Shown here: piece by piece, positions 19,726-29,163 of the stretch
Position numbering within the stretch: the first letter of the stretch is position 1
How the letters are laid out: each line of letters begins with the position of its first letter
Assembly (NCBI GenBank): GCA_041651155.1
Contig: JBAZJU010000001.1
Location: 91,932-155,931 of the forward strand
From: Patescibacteria group bacterium
GTDB taxonomy: Bacteria; Patescibacteriota; Patescibacteriia; CAIXNZ01
Direction of reading: 5' to 3'
DNA: 64,000 nucleotides
Translations under genes and position numbers: made by a program
The notes under the pieces: generated by a model
Databases searched by the model: none
Told to the model about the DNA's origin: nothing
The model's input: only the letters and a program-made list of their open reading frames with translations

Positions 19726-20607
19726 ATGATCCAATTTTTGCATAATTTTTTACCTCAGCCGATTTTACTTCACCTTGCCTTTTTACAAATCCATTGGTAT
19801 GGTTTTTTAATCGCCTTGGGCGCCTTGGCTGGTTTTGGCGCAGTTTATTCGTTGGCCAGGCAATATGGGATAAAAAAAGATGATATTTATAATTTAACTT
19901 TTTATTTAGTCATCTTTGGCTTAATTGGCGACCGTTTGTACTATGTTTTTTACGCCTGGCCTTATTATTCCCAGCATTTATTGGATATTTTTAAAATTTG
20001 GGAAGGAGGTTTGGCCATTCATGGCGCCATGATTGCTGGCGTTTTAGTGATATATATTTATGGACAGAGGCACAAAATTAATTTTTGGCTTTTACTTGAT
20101 ATATTTATTATTGCCTTGCCGTTAGCTATGGCTTTTGGCCGCTGGGGCAATTATTTTAACCAAGAACTTTTCGGGCGGCCGACGTCCTTGCCTTGGGGTA
20201 TCCCAATTAGTCCTGAAAAACGGCCGCCCGAGTTTGTGAATTTTAATTATTTTCACCCTACATTTTTATATGAGAGCTTATGGAATATGCTCATCTTTGC
20301 TTTTTTATACGCCTGGCATAAATTGCGCTTGGCTCGTCTTGGCACGGCTTCGCACGATGCAAGCCGAAGCCAGGTTAAATACAAAAATAACCTTGAACAA
20401 ATTCAAGGTTTGGGAAACATAGCTTTAGTATATTTTATTTTATATTCAGTCGGACGATTTTTAAATGAATATCTGCGGCTTGATTACAGCCCTTATTTTT
20501 TGGGAGTGCGCTGGGCGCAGGTCTTTAGTTTATTAATAATCCTCAGCTGCCTGGCCGTCATTATTTTAAAAAAAATTCACTCCAAAAAATCAGAGCTTGA
20601 AACTTAG
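19726..20607 (+). CDS. lgt: prolipoprotein diacylglyceryl transferase
   Basis: WYGFLIALGALAG, the Lgt signature FGRWGNYFNQELFGRPTSLPWGI, and HPTFLYESLWN. Confidence 0.9.
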   Translation: MIQFLHNFLPQPILLHLAFLQIHWYGFLIALGALAGFGAVYSLARQYGIKKDDIYNLTFYLVIFGLIGDRLYYVFYAWPYYSQHLLDIFKIWEGGLAIHGAMIAGVLVIYIYGQRHKINFWLLLDIFIIALPLAMAFGRWGNYFNQELFGRPTSLPWGIPISPEKRPPEFVNFNYFHPTFLYESLWNMLIFAFLYAWHKLRLARLGTASHDASRSQVKYKNNLEQIQGLGNIALVYFILYSVGRFLNEYLRLDYSPYFLGVRWAQVFSLLIILSCLAVIILKKIHSKKSELET

Positions 20608-21315
20608 GGCAATTTTTCTAATTTTGTACTCATTAAATAAAAGGATCAGATATAAAATGACCAAAAATGCGGCAATGACGAGATTGAAAGATTCTAATCG
20701 TCTCAAAGCATTTACTCCATAAATTGAGAGGTAAATCAGGATTGGCAAATCTTTAAAAATTTCCAGCGCCTCAGCTTTGAATTTAATTAACTTAATAATA
20801 ATTAAAAAAATAATCAGGCTGATAGCCATCCATTTTATGAAATTTTGGCTGTCAATGCTTTTACTTGTGATGATTAGAAAATTTAGGGCGACTAGCAGGG
20901 AGCTGGCAATTATTAAAAAAGTTTTGTGATAAGACTTTATTTTAACAAAAATTTTTATTTTGTAAGCAAAAAATAAAGAGGTAATAAAGATGAGGGGAAT
21001 TGTTACAAGAGTGAAAAGATTGGTCAGGGTCAGGAATAAATTAAATTGATCAATGGTAAAATTTTGCAAGATAGATGATTGGCTGAAAGGGACGTTGAAT
21101 TTTAAAAAAAGATATTCAATTAAAAATGGGGCGGCAACAAAAAAAATTCCGGCCAATATGCCTCTGAGCTTGCCAGTATACTCGGCCAGGCAAATAAATG
21201 ATATTACAAAAGCTAAAAACAGCGTGAAGAACAAAGGCAAAGGGTCTGTGACAAAGAGTGAAATAATCAGAAAGAAAACAAAGAAAATAAACAGGATAAT
21301 AGTAAAATTTCTCAT
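20590..21315 (-). CDS. hypothetical polytopic membrane protein
   Basis: A long ORF, very hydrophobic, convergent with lgt. Confidence 0.4.
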   Translation of the reverse strand: MRNFTIILFIFFVFFLIISLFVTDPLPLFFTLFLAFVISFICLAEYTGKLRGILAGIFFVAAPFLIEYLFLKFNVPFSQSSILQNFTIDQFNLFLTLTNLFTLVTIPLIFITSLFFAYKIKIFVKIKSYHKTFLIIASSLLVALNFLIITSKSIDSQNFIKWMAISLIIFLIIIKLIKFKAEALEIFKDLPILIYLSIYGVNALRRLESFNLVIAAFLVILYLILLFNEYKIRKIALSFKL

Positions 21316-21402
21316 AATTTTGAAGTTAAATTACCGTCTTAATTATAGCATTTTTTACAAATTAGTTTAAATAACAGCTAAAACTATGCTATAATAATTT
21401 AT

Positions 21403-22785
21403 ATGTCTGAAAAAATATTCAAATTAGATTACAGTTTTATGTCTGCCCAAAAAGTGGGCAATTTTGGGTTTAAAGAAACAGATTTAGCCAGTCTGAGCCG
21501 CAAATTGGCCGGTTTTAACAGGAAATTGGAAATAATGGCAGAGGAGCCGGATTTAAGTTTTCGGCAATTGCCTTATGATCAAGAAGCAGTTGAATTAGCT
21601 ATGAAGTTAGCCGGCAGATTAAAGCGCCAATTTACAAATTTAGTCATAGTCGGCATTGGCGGTTCTGATTTAGGCTCCAGGGCTATTTATAGCGCTTTAG
21701 CCGGCAATTATGGCAGCTGCATCAAGAGACCGCAAGCAATGGCCATCAATTTTTTAGGGGATACGACAGATCCCCAGCCAGTGCTTGATTTATTAAAAAT
21801 ATTGGACTTAAAAAAGACTGTTTTTTATATTGTTTCTAAATCAGGCGACACGATTGAACCTTTAAGTAATTTTTTGCTTCTGCGGGAACAGGTAATTAAA
21901 CTTGTTGGTTACAAAAATCATAAGAAACACTTTATTGTCACAACTAATTTAGCAAAAGGCCTGGCCTCGGCCAAGACGGGCGCTCTTTTAGAAATTGCGC
22001 AAAAAGAAGGTTATCTGGTCCTGGGTCATTATCCAGGCGGCGGCCGCTTCTCGGTTTTATCTGTTCATGGATTATTGCCAGCTGCTTGCGCCGGGTTTGA
22101 CCTTAAAAAGCTTTTAGCAGGCGCAAAAGCAATGGATCAACTTAGTAAAAATAATAGCTATTTAAAAAACTTGCCTTGGCTTTTTGCGGCTATGCAATAC
22201 TTGGCTTACAAAAAGGGACAAAACATTTCAGTTTTAATGCCCTACAATTATTATTTGCGCAATTTTGCTTTATGGTTTCGGCAGTTATGGGCGGAAAATT
22301 TGGGCAAGCAATATAATTGGCAGAAGAAAAAAGTTAATGTGGGTATTACTCCTGTAGCTGCTTTGGGTCCGACAGACCAGCATTCTCAGGTTCAACTTTA
22401 TATAGAAGGGCCGTTTGATAAAATTATTACTTTTATTAAAGTTAAAAAATTAGAAAGTTTGAAAGTCCCAAATTACAGGAATTCAGAAATTTCTTATTTG
22501 GGCGGGCATGAGTTTAGTGAGATTTTAAATATTGAACATAAAGCTACGGCAGTTTCTTTAATGAAAAATAAAAGGCCTAATTGCACGATTATTTTGCCAG
22601 AACTTAATGAATATTATCTGGGGCAGATATTTATGTTTTTTGAAATGACCACGGTATATTTAGGAGAATTATTGCAGATTAATGTTTTTAACCAGCCAGG
22701 CGTTGAACAGAGTAAAAGATATATGTACGGGCTTTTGGGCAAGAAAGGGTTTGAGAAAGAGAAAAGGGAAATTTTAAGCATCTAA
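21403..22785 (+). CDS. pgi: glucose-6-phosphate isomerase
   Basis: The VIVGIGGSDLGSRA P-loop-like PGI signature and sugar-isomerase (SIS) domains. Length 460 aa. Confidence 0.85.
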   Translation: MSEKIFKLDYSFMSAQKVGNFGFKETDLASLSRKLAGFNRKLEIMAEEPDLSFRQLPYDQEAVELAMKLAGRLKRQFTNLVIVGIGGSDLGSRAIYSALAGNYGSCIKRPQAMAINFLGDTTDPQPVLDLLKILDLKKTVFYIVSKSGDTIEPLSNFLLLREQVIKLVGYKNHKKHFIVTTNLAKGLASAKTGALLEIAQKEGYLVLGHYPGGGRFSVLSVHGLLPAACAGFDLKKLLAGAKAMDQLSKNNSYLKNLPWLFAAMQYLAYKKGQNISVLMPYNYYLRNFALWFRQLWAENLGKQYNWQKKKVNVGITPVAALGPTDQHSQVQLYIEGPFDKIITFIKVKKLESLKVPNYRNSEISYLGGHEFSEILNIEHKATAVSLMKNKRPNCTIILPELNEYYLGQIFMFFEMTTVYLGELLQINVFNQPGVEQSKRYMYGLLGKKGFEKEKREILSI

Positions 22786-22825
22786 TCAGCCCTTGCCAAA
22801 ATTGAAATTTAATGCTAAAATAGAC

Positions 22826-22848
22826 CTAAGGATTTAATCCTTTTTTTA
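22826..22848 (+). terminator. Weak rho-independent terminator after pgi
   Basis: aggat-tta-atcct followed by a run of 7 T. Confidence 0.4.
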
Positions 22849-22865
22849 TTTTGGAAAATTTATTT

Positions 22866-23004
22866 GGAGCGGTAGTTCCCGCCTTCGCTGAAGCTTCGGT
22901 CTTCACCGACCGAAGTCCCGCCGTGGCGGGACGAAGGTCGGCGGGCAGGCAGCTTGGAAGCATGAGCTGTAGTGGGTGCTAACCAGCTTCATAAATTTTT
23001 TTTA
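22866..23004 (+). other. GC-rich structured element (candidate small RNA or tRNA-derived remnant) whose first 13 nt match the 5' end of the adjacent tRNA-Asp
   Basis: ggagcggtagttc is identical to the tRNA 5' end. There are several perfect hairpins (cttcggtc/gaccgaag, cccgcc/ggcggg, gaagcttc). The element ends in a T9 run at 22996-23004. Confidence 0.4.
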
Positions 23005-23013
23005 AGTTATCCT

Positions 23014-23090
23014 GGAGCGGTAGTTCAGTTGGTTAGAACGCTACCCTGTCACGGTAGAGGTCACGGGTTCGAGTCCCGCCCGCTCCGCAC
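23014..23090 (+). tRNA. tRNA-Asp (anticodon GTC)
   Basis: A cloverleaf with GGAGCGG/CCGCTCC acceptor, GTTC..GAAC D-arm, CTACC-CTGTCAC-GGTAG anticodon arm and GGGTTCGAGTCCC T-arm. CCA is not encoded. Confidence 0.85.
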
Positions 23091-23105
23091 CGAACCAGAA
23101 CAAAA

Positions 23106-23136
23106 CAACACCTAATATAAAGGGTGTTGTTTTTAT
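23106..23136 (+). terminator. Terminator after tRNA-Asp (caacacc..ggtgttg plus T-run)
   Basis: A 7-bp stem followed by TTTTTT. Confidence 0.55.
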
Positions 23137-23208
23137 TATTGAAGATTTTGTTCGGTCTTTTGAGATAAAAAAGCCAAAGATTTTTCCTTGTGAAATATAT
23201 CTTTGGCC

Positions 23209-24225
23209 TTATTTTTTTCTGTTTCGTGAGAATGATTTTGGATAGTTGGCGTGCCTTCTAATTAATTGCTTGAGCGGTTCATTCCGCTTTACAATATTTT
23301 GCACGATTAAGTGACGCAATAAGTCGCTGGGCGTCTTACTGCATTTAGCCAGGTTGCTTATTAGCAGATACGAGAAATAAGTTCTTTTGCATAACAATTC
23401 TGTTGTTTTTTGGCAAAATGGGATGTCATGCAATAAGATTAGAACTCTGCCTTCAGTGTCATAGATAAACGCCGTTTTTTCTTCAGGTTGCGCCCTTAAG
23501 AATTTTTCTTTTAGGATTTTCCTGGCATTTTGCCTGTTTGTATCAGGATAATCCCTGCTATTAGCAATATTCCACGATTGCATTAAGGTTTTTGAGTTTA
23601 AAATCATTCTTAACTGGTATTCAGTTATAAATGAATTTTTTAATAAATTTGCCTGGACATTTAAGTCGTGCAACAATTGTGCGTTGCGGCAAATAAACTC
23701 AAGTCCCTGGGAATTTTTATGGAATTTTGCTATTAAACGGGCATGTTCTAATCCCGAAGAATGATTTTCCAGAATCTTTTTAATTACCCGAGTATCAGGA
23801 TCATGGCACAGGGCAAAAAGCAATGCCCCTGTCTGGAGAGTGGCTTCATTTATTCTTTGGTCAACTGTCATTGAGGAGAATTTTTCACGATATATAGCCA
23901 AGTGATTCTCGTTTTTGATATTTTCCGGCGCTTTGAAAATATCATTGTTATACTTTTCGATTTCCTCAAGTAAAGTGGGCAAGAAGTTGCCATTTTGATA
24001 CCAGTTAGGATTTTCTGCCCTTAGTTTGGCATCATTTTTCATGGCGCAATTTAGGCAAATCACGGTATAATTGCTAATGTCAGAACCAACAGCGGTTTTC
24101 GGCGCGCAATAGAAAAATGGCCATTCTTTATTGCTTGAATCCTTAAATTTTTGTCCGATAGTGCCTTTTGTATTACACTTTGAACAAGAACATTCCAAGG
24201 CCTTTAAAGACTCGTTATTTGTCAC
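23209..24225 (-). CDS. Hypothetical protein with an N-terminal Cys-rich zinc ribbon
   Basis: CSCSKC...C..C/CLNC near the N-terminus. No other recognisable domain. The gene lies next to a tRNA gene. Confidence 0.45.
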   Translation of the reverse strand: MTNNESLKALECSCSKCNTKGTIGQKFKDSSNKEWPFFYCAPKTAVGSDISNYTVICLNCAMKNDAKLRAENPNWYQNGNFLPTLLEEIEKYNNDIFKAPENIKNENHLAIYREKFSSMTVDQRINEATLQTGALLFALCHDPDTRVIKKILENHSSGLEHARLIAKFHKNSQGLEFICRNAQLLHDLNVQANLLKNSFITEYQLRMILNSKTLMQSWNIANSRDYPDTNRQNARKILKEKFLRAQPEEKTAFIYDTEGRVLILLHDIPFCQKTTELLCKRTYFSYLLISNLAKCSKTPSDLLRHLIVQNIVKRNEPLKQLIRRHANYPKSFSRNRKK

Positions 24226-24367
24226 GTAAGTCTGCCTCCTTTCAGATTTTTTATTACTTTAACAAATAGTTCCAGCATAGTCAACTTGTCCCGCCCCAAA
24301 AACCGTGATTTATTCTCGGCTTTTTGATCTTGATTATTTTGATTTTTTTTGATATTATATTAACAAT

Positions 24368-25189
24368 ATGAAAAAAACATTTTTCTTTATTTTACTTGTA
24401 ATTTTTTTTATTTTGGGCGCTAGTGCCTTGCTTTTTTTGCTGTTAAATCAAACATTAAAAAATAATCAGAATTTAGTCAAAAAGATTGAGACACCGAATA
24501 TTAATTCATCAGGCCAAGTAGTCAACCTAAACAATACCAACCAAATTAAAATTCCAAATAATACGCAAACTTCCAACCCGGCTGTTAAAACCGTTAATTC
24601 GGTAATATTGGCCGTGCCCTATATAAATGAATCGCCTGATGGCAACTGGACAGGATATTGGAAAAACGCTTGTGAAGAAGCCAGCATTGCCATGGTTGAA
24701 AATTTTTATCTTGGCAAACAAACCGTGAGCACAAAAGATGCCATGGATTTTATGAACAATTTATTTACCATAGAAAATAAGATTTTTGGTTCCAATACCA
24801 ATACAGACGCCAAGCAAACAGTCCAGCTTATTAATGATTATTCTTCTTATAAAGCGGTGATTAAAGAGGCGCCCACGGTTGAAGATATAAAAAGTGAATT
24901 ACAGCAAAATCGGCCGGTAATTGTGCCTTTGTATGGTTTTGATTTGCATAATAAAAATATTCCCTTTGTGCCGGCGCCCAGAGGCACTTCTTATCATATG
25001 ATTGTGATTATTGGTTATGATGATACGACAAAAGAATTTATCACTAATGATGATGGCGATAATAAACAAGGAGCTAGCCACCATTATGGTTATGATTTGC
25101 TGATGAATGCCATTCATGATTGGAGTTATGTTACCAAACAGGCTGATGGCCCTGCCAAAGCGATTTTTACTTATCCAAAAAATAGTTGA
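24368..25189 (+). CDS. Secreted C39-like (papain-fold) peptidase domain protein
   Basis: A signal/TM segment, a candidate catalytic Cys in WKNACEEASIAMV and a His in SYHMIVIIGYDD, with spacing typical of Peptidase_C39_2. Confidence 0.45.
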   Translation: MKKTFFFILLVIFFILGASALLFLLLNQTLKNNQNLVKKIETPNINSSGQVVNLNNTNQIKIPNNTQTSNPAVKTVNSVILAVPYINESPDGNWTGYWKNACEEASIAMVENFYLGKQTVSTKDAMDFMNNLFTIENKIFGSNTNTDAKQTVQLINDYSSYKAVIKEAPTVEDIKSELQQNRPVIVPLYGFDLHNKNIPFVPAPRGTSYHMIVIIGYDDTTKEFITNDDGDNKQGASHHYGYDLLMNAIHDWSYVTKQADGPAKAIFTYPKNS

Positions 25190-25366
25190 GACTTCAACTA
25201 GTTCCCGCCTTTATTATTTACATGGTAATATAAAACAGTAGGTTTGGATAAAAATACTTTAAAGGTTAAGGGTTGGATGGTGAATATGATAAATATTGTT
25301 GAACAAAATTGGCTGGATACTTTTATTGCCGCTGCTGATTTTAAAATAAATAATTAATTATATTTT

Positions 25367-26020
25367 ATGAGAAAAACTTTTTTTATTCTAGGCGCCTTAA
25401 TTATTATGGCAGGCTGTCAGGCGACTAAAAACGAGAATACTAATTTAAATGTCAATGAGAACGCGAATGCAAACAACCAATCTGACCTCCCCGCGATTTA
25501 TAGCCAACTGGGAATGGAGGATTTATTAAGCCAATATAATGGCGCGATTATAAAAACAAATTTGGGCGATATTAAGGTAAAATTTTATAACCTGGATTCG
25601 CCTCTAACAGTTAATAATTTTTTAAATTTAGCTAAAAAAGGTTTTTATGATGGCACTAAATTTCATCGCGTGATTAAAGATTTTATGATTCAGGGCGGTG
25701 ATCCTAATAGCAAGGATGATAATTGGGCTGATGATGGCATGGGCGGGCCTGGCTATAAATTTAAAGATGAAATTAATACTCATAAACTGGTGCGCGGAAG
25801 TTTGGCCATGGCTAATTCCGGATCAAATACCAATGGCTCACAGTTTTTTATAGTAACCAAAGAATCTACGCCCTGGTTAGACGGTTCATACAATAATTTT
25901 GGTGAAGTAATATCCGGAATGGAAGCGGTTGATAAAATAGAAGCAGTTAAAACAAATGAAAATGATCATCCTTTAGATGATATTATTATTAAAAGTATTG
26001 AATTAATTAAAATAGATTAA
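25367..26020 (+). CDS. Peptidyl-prolyl cis-trans isomerase (cyclophilin type), lipoprotein
   Basis: An IMAGC lipobox, and [15 protein letters not shown] with [19 protein letters not shown]. Confidence 0.85.
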   Translation: MRKTFFILGALIIMAGCQATKNENTNLNVNENANANNQSDLPAIYSQLGMEDLLSQYNGAIIKTNLGDIKVKFYNLDSPLTVNNFLNLAKKGFYDGTKFHRVIKDFMIQGGDPNSKDDNWADDGMGGPGYKFKDEINTHKLVRGSLAMANSGSNTNGSQFFIVTKESTPWLDGSYNNFGEVISGMEAVDKIEAVKTNENDHPLDDIIIKSIELIKID

Positions 26021-26034
26021 TTAAATAATTAGCT

Positions 26035-26274
26035 ATGAAAAAAATTATTAAAATTTTTTATCCTTATCGTTTTTTTATTCTTGCGTTGGTAATTATTATT
26101 AGTATTTTATTGTTATGGTATTTTTTTGTGGGGAAATACCACGGCTTTTTTTGCGAGAGATATTCGTATGCTGAATGCCCATCATTAATTTGCGAGCGTG
26201 TAGGTCAATGTTCTTCGCAGGACGATGTTTCTTTTTCTCTGGCTCCTTGTCAGTGTAAATCTCTGTGGAAATAA
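26035..26274 (+). CDS. Small TM protein with a Cys-rich tail
   Basis: An N-terminal TM helix, six Cys in the C-terminal 45 aa, and a terminator directly downstream. Confidence 0.3.
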   Translation: MKKIIKIFYPYRFFILALVIIISILLLWYFFVGKYHGFFCERYSYAECPSLICERVGQCSSQDDVSFSLAPCQCKSLWK

Positions 26275-26312
26275 AACATCTTGACAATTTGGGCATCTCA
26301 AGTAATTCATTA

Positions 26313-26345
26313 AAAAAACTCCTCCGCGTTCGGAGGGGTTTTGCG
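26313..26345. terminator. Bidirectional terminator (cctccg-cgtt-cggagg flanked by A-run and T-run)
   Basis: aaaaaaactcctccgcgttcggaggggttttg. Confidence 0.6.
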
Positions 26346-26909
26346 CTAATCTTTTTGGAAGCGACCGACAATTGGCAAGTTTTTTTCGGGGTGTTTGGCT
26401 AATGCCATTTTGACTAAAGAGTTGAGTTTAATTCCATTTTTAGCTGCTACGGCTAGGGCAGTGGCGCGATGCATGCCTTCAACGATTCTGATTTCACCAT
26501 TGACTATTACGCCGCTAATAATGGTTTGAACTGGAAAATTTTTTAACATAGTTTGCACCCCGGAGTTTTTTTCTACTTTCTGATCTTGAGCTAGGCTGGA
26601 AAATGACGGAGCTGTCTGTCCGTGATAATATAATTCTACCCAGGAACGAAATGGTCCGCCATGGCAAAAGGGTAATATAATCAGTGGCTCGGGTATATTG
26701 TATAATTGCCATTTTAAATCAGCTAAACCTAGTGGTTGAACATAAGTTTGGCGCCATTCTTCCCATGATTTGAAGCCGCGGCTTTGCCAGTGAGTAATCC
26801 AGTGGGAATTGGGATAATCTTCATTCTGACGCCAAATTTCAAAAACATCAGGCCAAGTTAGCTCTTTGATTAGGTCAAGCTTTATTTGTTTGTCTTTTAA
26901 GTTGTCCAT
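26346..26909 (-). CDS. Hypothetical protein, possibly a ParB/sulfiredoxin-like domain
   Basis: The motif RIVEGMHRATALAVAA resembles the ParB-like DGhHR core. Weak. Confidence 0.3.
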   Translation of the reverse strand: MDNLKDKQIKLDLIKELTWPDVFEIWRQNEDYPNSHWITHWQSRGFKSWEEWRQTYVQPLGLADLKWQLYNIPEPLIILPFCHGGPFRSWVELYYHGQTAPSFSSLAQDQKVEKNSGVQTMLKNFPVQTIISGVIVNGEIRIVEGMHRATALAVAAKNGIKLNSLVKMALAKHPEKNLPIVGRFQKD

Positions 26910-26934
26910 AGTATTTTTTTTGCGATTTGTTATT

Positions 26935-27165
26935 AAAGGGCTCTCCAGCTCTGTGTCCTCTCATTGTCATCCTGAGCCGAGCGAAGGATCTGTTAATCTA
27001 GGGTCACACTCAAACCCCTCTCAGACACAGAGCCCTGTCATAACAGAACTGCTTGATTGTGATTTAAGCCCGCCTTGTCCGAAAGTAATTACTGGGTTTA
27101 TCAAATCACCGAAGTTGCAGATCCTTCCTGCGTCAGGATGACAAGGCGGGAGCGAGGTAGGTTAA
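26935..27165. ncRNA. GC-rich structured intergenic element with pseudoknot-compatible long-range pairings; candidate ncRNA or 5' leader of the 26346..26909 gene
   Basis: Complementary pairs: gctctgtgtc (26947) with gacacagagc (27023); gtcatcctga (26966) with tcaggatgac (27141); gcccgccttgtc (27069) with gacaaggcggg (27150). The ORF 26866..27141 here is implausible. Confidence 0.35.
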
Positions 27166-27189
27166 TTTTTCATACTTTAATTATACACC

Positions 27190-27225
27190 AAAAAAAATAA
27201 AACCCCCTCATTTTTGGCGAGGGGG
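27190..27225 (-). terminator. Rho-independent terminator for the LysE gene (ccccctc..gaggggg plus U-run on the - strand)
   Basis: aaaaaaaataaaaccccctcatttttggcgaggggg. Confidence 0.65.
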
Positions 27226-27237
27226 CTAAATAACTTG

Positions 27238-27858
27238 TTATTCCCGGGCAAATACTATTTTAAGTCCCAGGGAAATTAGAAGGGCACCGAAAATTTTTTC
27301 CAAGTAAATTACGTACCTTTGGTATCTTGCTTTGACCTGCTTGATCGTGAATACTGTCGCAACAAGAGCAAACCAGGCAAATACAATGAAAGAAATTTCC
27401 AGTCCGTAAAATATTTTCAGGTTCAAGGTTGAAGTCGGGGAGATGATTTGAGAAAAAATACTTAAAAAGAACAAGGTTACTTTGGGGTTGGTTATGCTGG
27501 TTAAAAAGCCGATCTTGAGAGCCTGCCAGTTGGTGATTATTTTTAGTGTAGCGGCTCCATTTTTGTTTCCTGCCTTTAGTCTTTTTGCCCTTAGCATTTT
27601 AATGCCCAAGTACATTAGATAGGCTGCCCCGCCCAGTTTAAGTAGATTAAACACCAGAATTGATTGGGCAATGATAAGCCCCAGGCCGATAATAGAATAA
27701 GAAGCGTGGAGCAAAGTGCCTAAACCAATACCTAGTGCCGTAAATATCCCGATTTTTCTGGTATAGACAATGCTGTTTCTGGACACAATGGCAAAATCAG
27801 GACCTGGCGAGATAGCGCCAATAATAGCTGCCAAAGTTACGATTATAATTTCGTGCAT
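27238..27858 (-). CDS. LysE/RhtB family amino-acid exporter
   Basis: MHEIIIVTLAAIIGAISPGPDF.. N-terminal signature, six TM helices, 206 aa. Confidence 0.8.
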   Translation of the reverse strand: MHEIIIVTLAAIIGAISPGPDFAIVSRNSIVYTRKIGIFTALGIGLGTLLHASYSIIGLGLIIAQSILVFNLLKLGGAAYLMYLGIKMLRAKRLKAGNKNGAATLKIITNWQALKIGFLTSITNPKVTLFFLSIFSQIISPTSTLNLKIFYGLEISFIVFAWFALVATVFTIKQVKARYQRYVIYLEKIFGALLISLGLKIVFARE

Positions 27859-27879
27859 TGGATTCCTCCTTTTTCAAAA

Positions 27880-28212
27880 TTATGCTTTTACTTTTTCCTT
27901 AGCCACGGCAAAAGGTATCTGAATAAGCTCAAGCAATAGTTCTTCTTCCTCGCGATATATTTTGAATTTCATGCCGCAAATTTCATAGACCCTATAATCA
28001 GCATAATCATGTTTATCTTTTAGCATTGGCAGCGAAAATACTGACCGCGGGATTGAGAGCCAATATTGATGATTCTCAGGCTCTTGGATAAGGTTGCCTT
28101 TCAGCATATCTGCTACTGCTTCAGGGCTTTCAGCAAAGATTGCTCCGTGAACAGTTAACAAATTATTAGGATCTTCGTGAAATTTTTTATCAATGATAAT
28201 GTACAATCTCAT
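27880..28212 (-). CDS. hypothetical protein
   Basis: A 110-aa ORF with good coding periodicity. No recognisable motif. Confidence 0.4.
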   Translation of the reverse strand: MRLYIIIDKKFHEDPNNLLTVHGAIFAESPEAVADMLKGNLIQEPENHQYWLSIPRSVFSLPMLKDKHDYADYRVYEICGMKFKIYREEEELLLELIQIPFAVAKEKVKA

Positions 28213-28290
28213 TAGATTAGCCTCCTTTTTTACTGAACTGTTTTGATTACAGAATGTTAGTATTTTATTTAATTTTTGTCAAGGTAGCGA

Positions 28291-28329
28291 ATAAAAACTG
28301 CGCGCTCCGACGTATGTTGGAGCGCGCAG
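28291..28329 (-). terminator. Terminator of the infC-rpmI-rplT operon (11-bp GC stem ctgcgcgctcc/ggagcgcgcag)
   Basis: A perfect 11-bp stem, followed by a U-run on the - strand (plus-strand ataaaaa). Confidence 0.7.
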
Positions 28330-28345
28330 AGATCAATGTAATTTT

Positions 28346-28690
28346 TTATTTTACCGCTTCTACTATTTTAGCAAAAACTTGAGGATTATTGACTGCCAGG
28401 TCAGCCAGGACTTTACGGTCCAGTTCAATTTTTTTCTTATTTAAGAGATCTATAAATTTAGAATAGTTTAAGCCATGTTCGCGCACAGCTGCATTAATCC
28501 TGATTTGCCAAAGCTGGCGGAAATCTCTTTTTTTATCTTTGCGTCCGACATAAGCATGCACTCCAGCCTTAAGCATAGCTGTTTTGCCTAAGCGAATAGT
28601 CTTTTTGCGGCCCCATTTATAACCTTTGGTGGCTCGGCGGATGGTATGTCTTTTCTTTAAGTGGATTTTAGCTCGTTTAACTCTGGACAT
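28346..28690 (-). CDS. rplT: 50S ribosomal protein L20
   Basis: [15 protein letters not shown]...GYKWGRKK...[11 protein letters not shown]: a full-length L20. Confidence 0.95.
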   Translation of the reverse strand: MSRVKRAKIHLKKRHTIRRATKGYKWGRKKTIRLGKTAMLKAGVHAYVGRKDKKRDFRQLWQIRINAAVREHGLNYSKFIDLLNKKKIELDRKVLADLAVNNPQVFAKIVEAVK

Positions 28691-28807
28691 GTTTTTTCTA
28701 ATTATTTGTTAATGCTTACATCTACAGATTACTGATAATTACAGATATACAGATGATATTTTATGACAATTCGTAAATCTGTATAAATCCGTAATCAGTA
28801 GAAAATT

Positions 28808-29005
28808 TTAATTGTATGGCATTAAGGATTTAAGCTGTCTGGAAATGGTTTTGTCAGCTTGTTGCGTTCTTCTTTTGGCTCTGGTGATATTGCTGGATTC
28901 GCGGGCATTAAAATGATCCTGGCCAGCTTTCTTTTTCATGAGCTTGCCTTTGTTCGTTACTCTGTATCGTTTAGCGATTGATTGATGAGTTTTAATTTTT
29001 GGCAT
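28808..29005 (-). CDS. rpmI: 50S ribosomal protein L35
   Basis: MPKIKTHQSIAKRYRVTNKGKLMKKKAG. Confidence 0.9.
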   Translation of the reverse strand: MPKIKTHQSIAKRYRVTNKGKLMKKKAGQDHFNARESSNITRAKRRTQQADKTISRQLKSLMPYN

Positions 29006-29032
29006 AGGTGAATTCCTAATTATGAATTATGT

Positions 29033-29060
29033 CCGCCAGCGGCGGATCCGCCTTTGGCGG
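29033..29060 (-). promoter_or_regulatory. Twin GC hairpins immediately upstream of the rpmI RBS; candidate L20 operator or attenuator
   Basis: On the - strand, ttccgccaaaggcgg-a-tccgccgctggcgga sits about 20 nt before the AGGA RBS. Confidence 0.3.
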
Positions 29061-29163
29061 AAGATATGAGCTGAATATAAGGAAATCTTTAAAAAAATAA
29101 AAATAGCTCTTCTTGGCTAATTTGAAATTAGTTTAGCTTAATTTTAAATTTTCGTCAAGCCGT

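Noticed and set aside
26866-27141. 91-aa + strand ORF in the GC-rich intergenic element
   Set aside because: It coincides with long-range inverted repeats and has a Ser/Pro-rich low-complexity translation. An RNA structure explains it better.
26935-27165. Possibility that the structured element is RNase P RNA or SRP RNA
   Set aside because: An ACAGAA-like string is present, but the order and identity of the P4 strands (GGAAAGUCC upstream, ACAGAA..GGCUUA downstream) are not met. The SRP domain-IV GGAA-loop consensus is also absent.
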